From Eukaryota sp. TZLM1-RC (lineage: Eukaryota; Protista; Metamonada: BaSk clade), in assembly GCA_040285825.1 (NCBI GenBank), contig JAUPSS010000010.1, forward strand, positions 866,881 to 930,880: a DNA stretch of 64,000 nucleotides, read 5' to 3'. The notes under the pieces are model-generated. The model saw only the letters and a list, made by a program, of their open reading frames with translations, was not told the DNA's origin and did not search any database. A program made the position numbers and the translations under genes. Positions 60,733 through 64,000 of this stretch are shown piece by piece. The number at the start of each line of letters is the position of its first letter. Within the stretch, counting starts at the first letter, position 1.

Positions 60733-61860
60733 TTACCCATCAAACAATGACCCTATAAACTTGCTCTCTTCTGCTTCAAGCTGATCCAAAGTAAGCCTTG
60801 GTTTAGGAGCCAAATCAAGTTTCAAAGTAGGTTTAGTTGGGCTGGTGAACTGACTCTTAGGTTTTTTAAACTTTTCCAAATCTGCGGACACTCTAACTGT
60901 CCAATAATTACGTCCCATTTCAACTATTTCATCTAATTCAGTTCTACATTTATTATACTTTTCAGATAAATGGTCCAATTCTTTCTGAAGATAATCAACT
61001 TTAATCAATGACGTGTTACAATGATCACATGACGTCATGGTTTCCGTCTGGACTTCCTGCGAGACAGAATCCATTCTAGTCCGCATTGTGAACATTGGTC
61101 TCATCTTACAGTTGGGGTTAGGGTTAGTTTTGGAAAGTCTAAATGTTGACGTTTCCAACTCATTCCATAACCGTGATTCCAAATCAGGCGGATCATCACC
61201 ACTTACGGGAAGCTTAGCAAGAGCACTCTCTGTGGCTGAGAGAAGATGTCTTGATGAAGGAGAAAGGCATCGGTAAAGAACATCGATTGGGGATGTAGAT
61301 TCAGTACCAGCAGAAGGCGGAGGAGATAAGTTAAGGTGAGATTTGGGGTTAGAGTTAGGGTTAGGGTTAGGGTTAGGGTTGGTACTGGGTTGATCAAATG
61401 GAGTCGGAGAGTTGACAGGTGCAACTGATTCTGGACTGGGTGAAGGAATAACGATGGAAGCACGAGGTGGTTCCCCAGAGTCTGTCTTGGGAGAGAATGG
61501 TGGTTGTGGTGAAGTTTGCTCAGTGGTAGATTGGGCTGGTGAGGGAGGAGATGTTGCTATATTGGTAGATGGAGCCACAGAGGTGAGAGTTGGTTGTGGT
61601 TTAGGTGGTGATCGTAATGGAGATACAGAGCGAGCTCTAGAGGGAGACGCTGAACATGTTGGCGATTTTGAAGACCTTCGGGCTCGTATTAGTGGTTTCT
61701 TACGAAACGATGGAGTCTGAGAAACTGGAGATTTGTTGTTAGTATTTGTAGAGACTGGTGATCGTGTACGACTGTTATTAGATTGCTGTGTGGTCTTTTG
61801 TACAGATTGAGCAAGCCTCTGTAATTCATCCAAGCTCTTCAACTGAAATACTGGAGGCAT
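60733..61860 (-). CDS. Ser/Pro-rich disordered protein with C-terminal coiled coil
   Basis: 375-aa ORF; a paralog at 63615 supports coding status. Confidence 0.75.
   Translation of the reverse strand: MPPVFQLKSLDELQRLAQSVQKTTQQSNNSRTRSPVSTNTNNKSPVSQTPSFRKKPLIRARRSSKSPTCSASPSRARSVSPLRSPPKPQPTLTSVAPSTNIATSPPSPAQSTTEQTSPQPPFSPKTDSGEPPRASIVIPSPSPESVAPVNSPTPFDQPSTNPNPNPNPNSNPKSHLNLSPPPSAGTESTSPIDVLYRCLSPSSRHLLSATESALAKLPVSGDDPPDLESRLWNELETSTFRLSKTNPNPNCKMRPMFTMRTRMDSVSQEVQTETMTSCDHCNTSLIKVDYLQKELDHLSEKYNKCRTELDEIVEMGRNYWTVRVSADLEKFKKPKSQFTSPTKPTLKLDLAPKPRLTLDQLEAEESKFIGSLFDG
61349..61380 (+). repeat. Telomere-type (TTAGGG)4 repeat inside a CDS (encodes NPNPNPNP on the minus strand)
   Basis: TTAGAG TTAGGG TTAGGG TTAGGG TTAGGG TT. 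Confidence 0.85.
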
Positions 61861-63614
61861 CTAGGCATAATCAAACCAAAGTTGCTAAATTTGGAAATTT
61901 TGTTGTAAATTCATAAAACAACACACAATAAAGATGACTGCATTGGACAGTCGTTGCTTTGATGTCGTTATCACGGTTGTCCTAATATTGTTCTCAATTA
62001 AGTTGGTTTATTTGTGATTAATTAGGCTTTTGTGTAGGTATCTCACTGGTATGTCCCTTATCATAGGTTTAAATAAAATTATCTTAACCGGCCATATCAT
62101 ATAGGCATACATATCGGCAACATTTGCCAGATAAGTGGGACCATTGTGATACCATAGTATCATTTTTATCTCTTTCATTATCTTTATCGAATTATCCTCC
62201 TCAGTTCTTTTTGCATTTATTTTGAGAATACCTGAATTTTTCAAACTCCTTCAAGCTAATTTATGTCATATCAAGAGATATGAGTCATATTTATATCAGG
62301 AAATGTCCATAACGTACCGGCAATCAATGAACTTTTTCTTCATTTCATTGACTTTCTATTAGCTATAAATTAGAATTAAACTTTGATAAATGTATTAATA
62401 CAAGTTGTTCATTTTTATCAAAAAGCATTACTCAAAATGGTCATCCGCATTTGCGGAGGACCGAACAGTCTCTAAGGAGTACCAATTTCGGTTTACGAGT
62501 AGAAACGGCTCAAAATCCATGCAACAGTGAAACGAATTGCCTCTGTATGCACCATGGCAAGATTTTGCGTGATTAAACAACCGTTCCACAATTTTGAAGT
62601 GGCTGGAATCCGGGCTCATTCAGGGAAAAATATCACAACGGACCACAAAGTTGAGAGAGAGAGAGTTGAAAAAAAAGAGAGAGTTGATCTACTTGAAGAC
62701 TTCACCTTATAATCACATTATAATTTCATTCCACTATTTTGAGTTTCTTCAAAAATGGACAACTCATCAAGAAATTTTCACGGCATTGTTCCTTCAGAAA
62801 CGGTTGACATTATGTCAGTGACCTTTTGTTAAAACTTCACAATTGTTTTACAAATATTGAACTTTTTTCAATAAAATTCAATAAAAGAGAGTCCCAAAAT
62901 TCACAACTGTTTCCACAACTTTTTAGTTTCACAACGTGTCATTTGCGACCTTTATCCTTAGATCTTCATTTTGAACCGATGACTGGCATATCCCACCATT
63001 GTAAACCCCAGACGATGTGCAATAATAATAATTATAATACCATTTGTTGTTTCAAGAAAGGAAAACCCATTTTACTTGCTCTTAAACTCGTTTACAATTG
63101 ATAAATGATAAGAAATTCTCAGTAAGACTGTTGTGGTCGCTTTTCTTTGGATCTCAATATCTGTTTTCAAGTTGAAATGGACGTTTTTGATGTAGAAAAC
63201 AAGGCTTGTACACCCTCTGGTTGTTAGCTTCCAGCTGATTGTTTCACAACGGAAAATGTAAATGAATCTTTCTGGAGGTTTTGAAGCATCAAGATTGTAA
63301 GTTAATCGAGGTTGTAGCTGTTGGTAAGGAACACCGCTGTATACTTGTTTTGTGTCAAAAGTCACTAGATAGGTAAATGAGAAGGTAGCAAAGATTGATT
63401 TGGATATTGAGAAAGGACAAAAGGCTAAACACTCTACATTCTGCTTTGGATGTGAGTTGATGATGTTACATAATGGTTATTGTGAACCCTTATGGTAATT
63501 CTGAGTTCGTTGAAGTAAGGTAGCCATTGAAGGACCATCGATAATTGATCGACAAAAGAGGTTCGATTGATTCAATATTGAAATTCCGGATATCAATATA
63601 TGCATTATGAATGT

Positions 63615-64000
63615 ATGCTTCCAGTATTTCAGATGAAGAGCTTGGACGAACTACAGATGCTTGCTCAATCCTTATACAAGACAACTCAACAATCTCACGG
63701 TAGTCGTTCGCAATCACCAGATTCGACAACAACCAACGACTCTCCACTGTATGAGACTCCTTCTTTTCCCAAGAAACCACTTATACGAACAAGGCGGTCT
63801 TCGAAATCCCCAATGCGTTCTACCTCTCCGTCCAGAGCTTCTTCTGTTTCCCCGTTACGATCTCCTCCACACTCGACAGATACCCATGAATTGACTCCAA
63901 ATGTTTCTCCATCACTCAAATCCTCTGTAGGAAAAAATACATCAGAAGTATCTCCATCTACTAAGTCAGATCACGAAAGTCCACATAGTCCCTGCTTCAT
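63615..64000 (+). CDS. Inverted paralog of the 60733-61860 gene, runs off the window end
   Basis: MLPVFQMKSLDELQMLAQSLYKTTQQS...KKPLIRTRRSSKSP versus MPPVFQLKSLDELQRLAQSVQKTTQQS...KKPLIRARRSSKSP. Confidence 0.85.
   Translation, partial: MLPVFQMKSLDELQMLAQSLYKTTQQSHGSRSQSPDSTTTNDSPLYETPSFPKKPLIRTRRSSKSPMRSTSPSRASSVSPLRSPPHSTDTHELTPNVSPSLKSSVGKNTSEVSPSTKSDHESPHSPCF

Noticed and set aside
62000-63500. Short ORFs between the inverted paralogs, possibly retroelement debris
   Set aside because: No diagnostic motifs; only a TTCAATAAA-like end near 62885.

Overview
Gene-dense, AT-rich eukaryotic DNA from a flagellated protist (IFT140 present; standard genetic code; tiny 27-34 nt GTTTGT...YAG introns). 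The exact organism cannot be determined from this window. Housekeeping genes include IFT140, RPT5, BUD32, a Rab escort/GDI-family protein, a RanBP9/10-like CTLH subunit and a VPS50 C-terminal fragment. These are mixed with lineage-type families (RCC1-LRR, BTB-SPRY, TRIM-like, small 2-TM proteins), a divergent histone H2B and a spliced RING-kinase-PIMT fusion gene. Mobile DNA is abundant: about ten 5'-truncated pieces of at least four CRE-like RT/REL non-LTR retrotransposon families, two short non-autonomous LTR elements with 4-bp TSDs and a shared palindromic primer-binding region, and a solo LTR. The most striking feature is missed by the ORF track: a decayed minus-strand reading frame at about 24581-27110. 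It strings together a Ulp1-type cysteine protease, a family-B polymerase 3'-5' exonuclease without the polymerase domain, and a Fanzor1 (TnpB-like RNA-guided nuclease). All calls come from manual translation and motif recognition; no searches were run.
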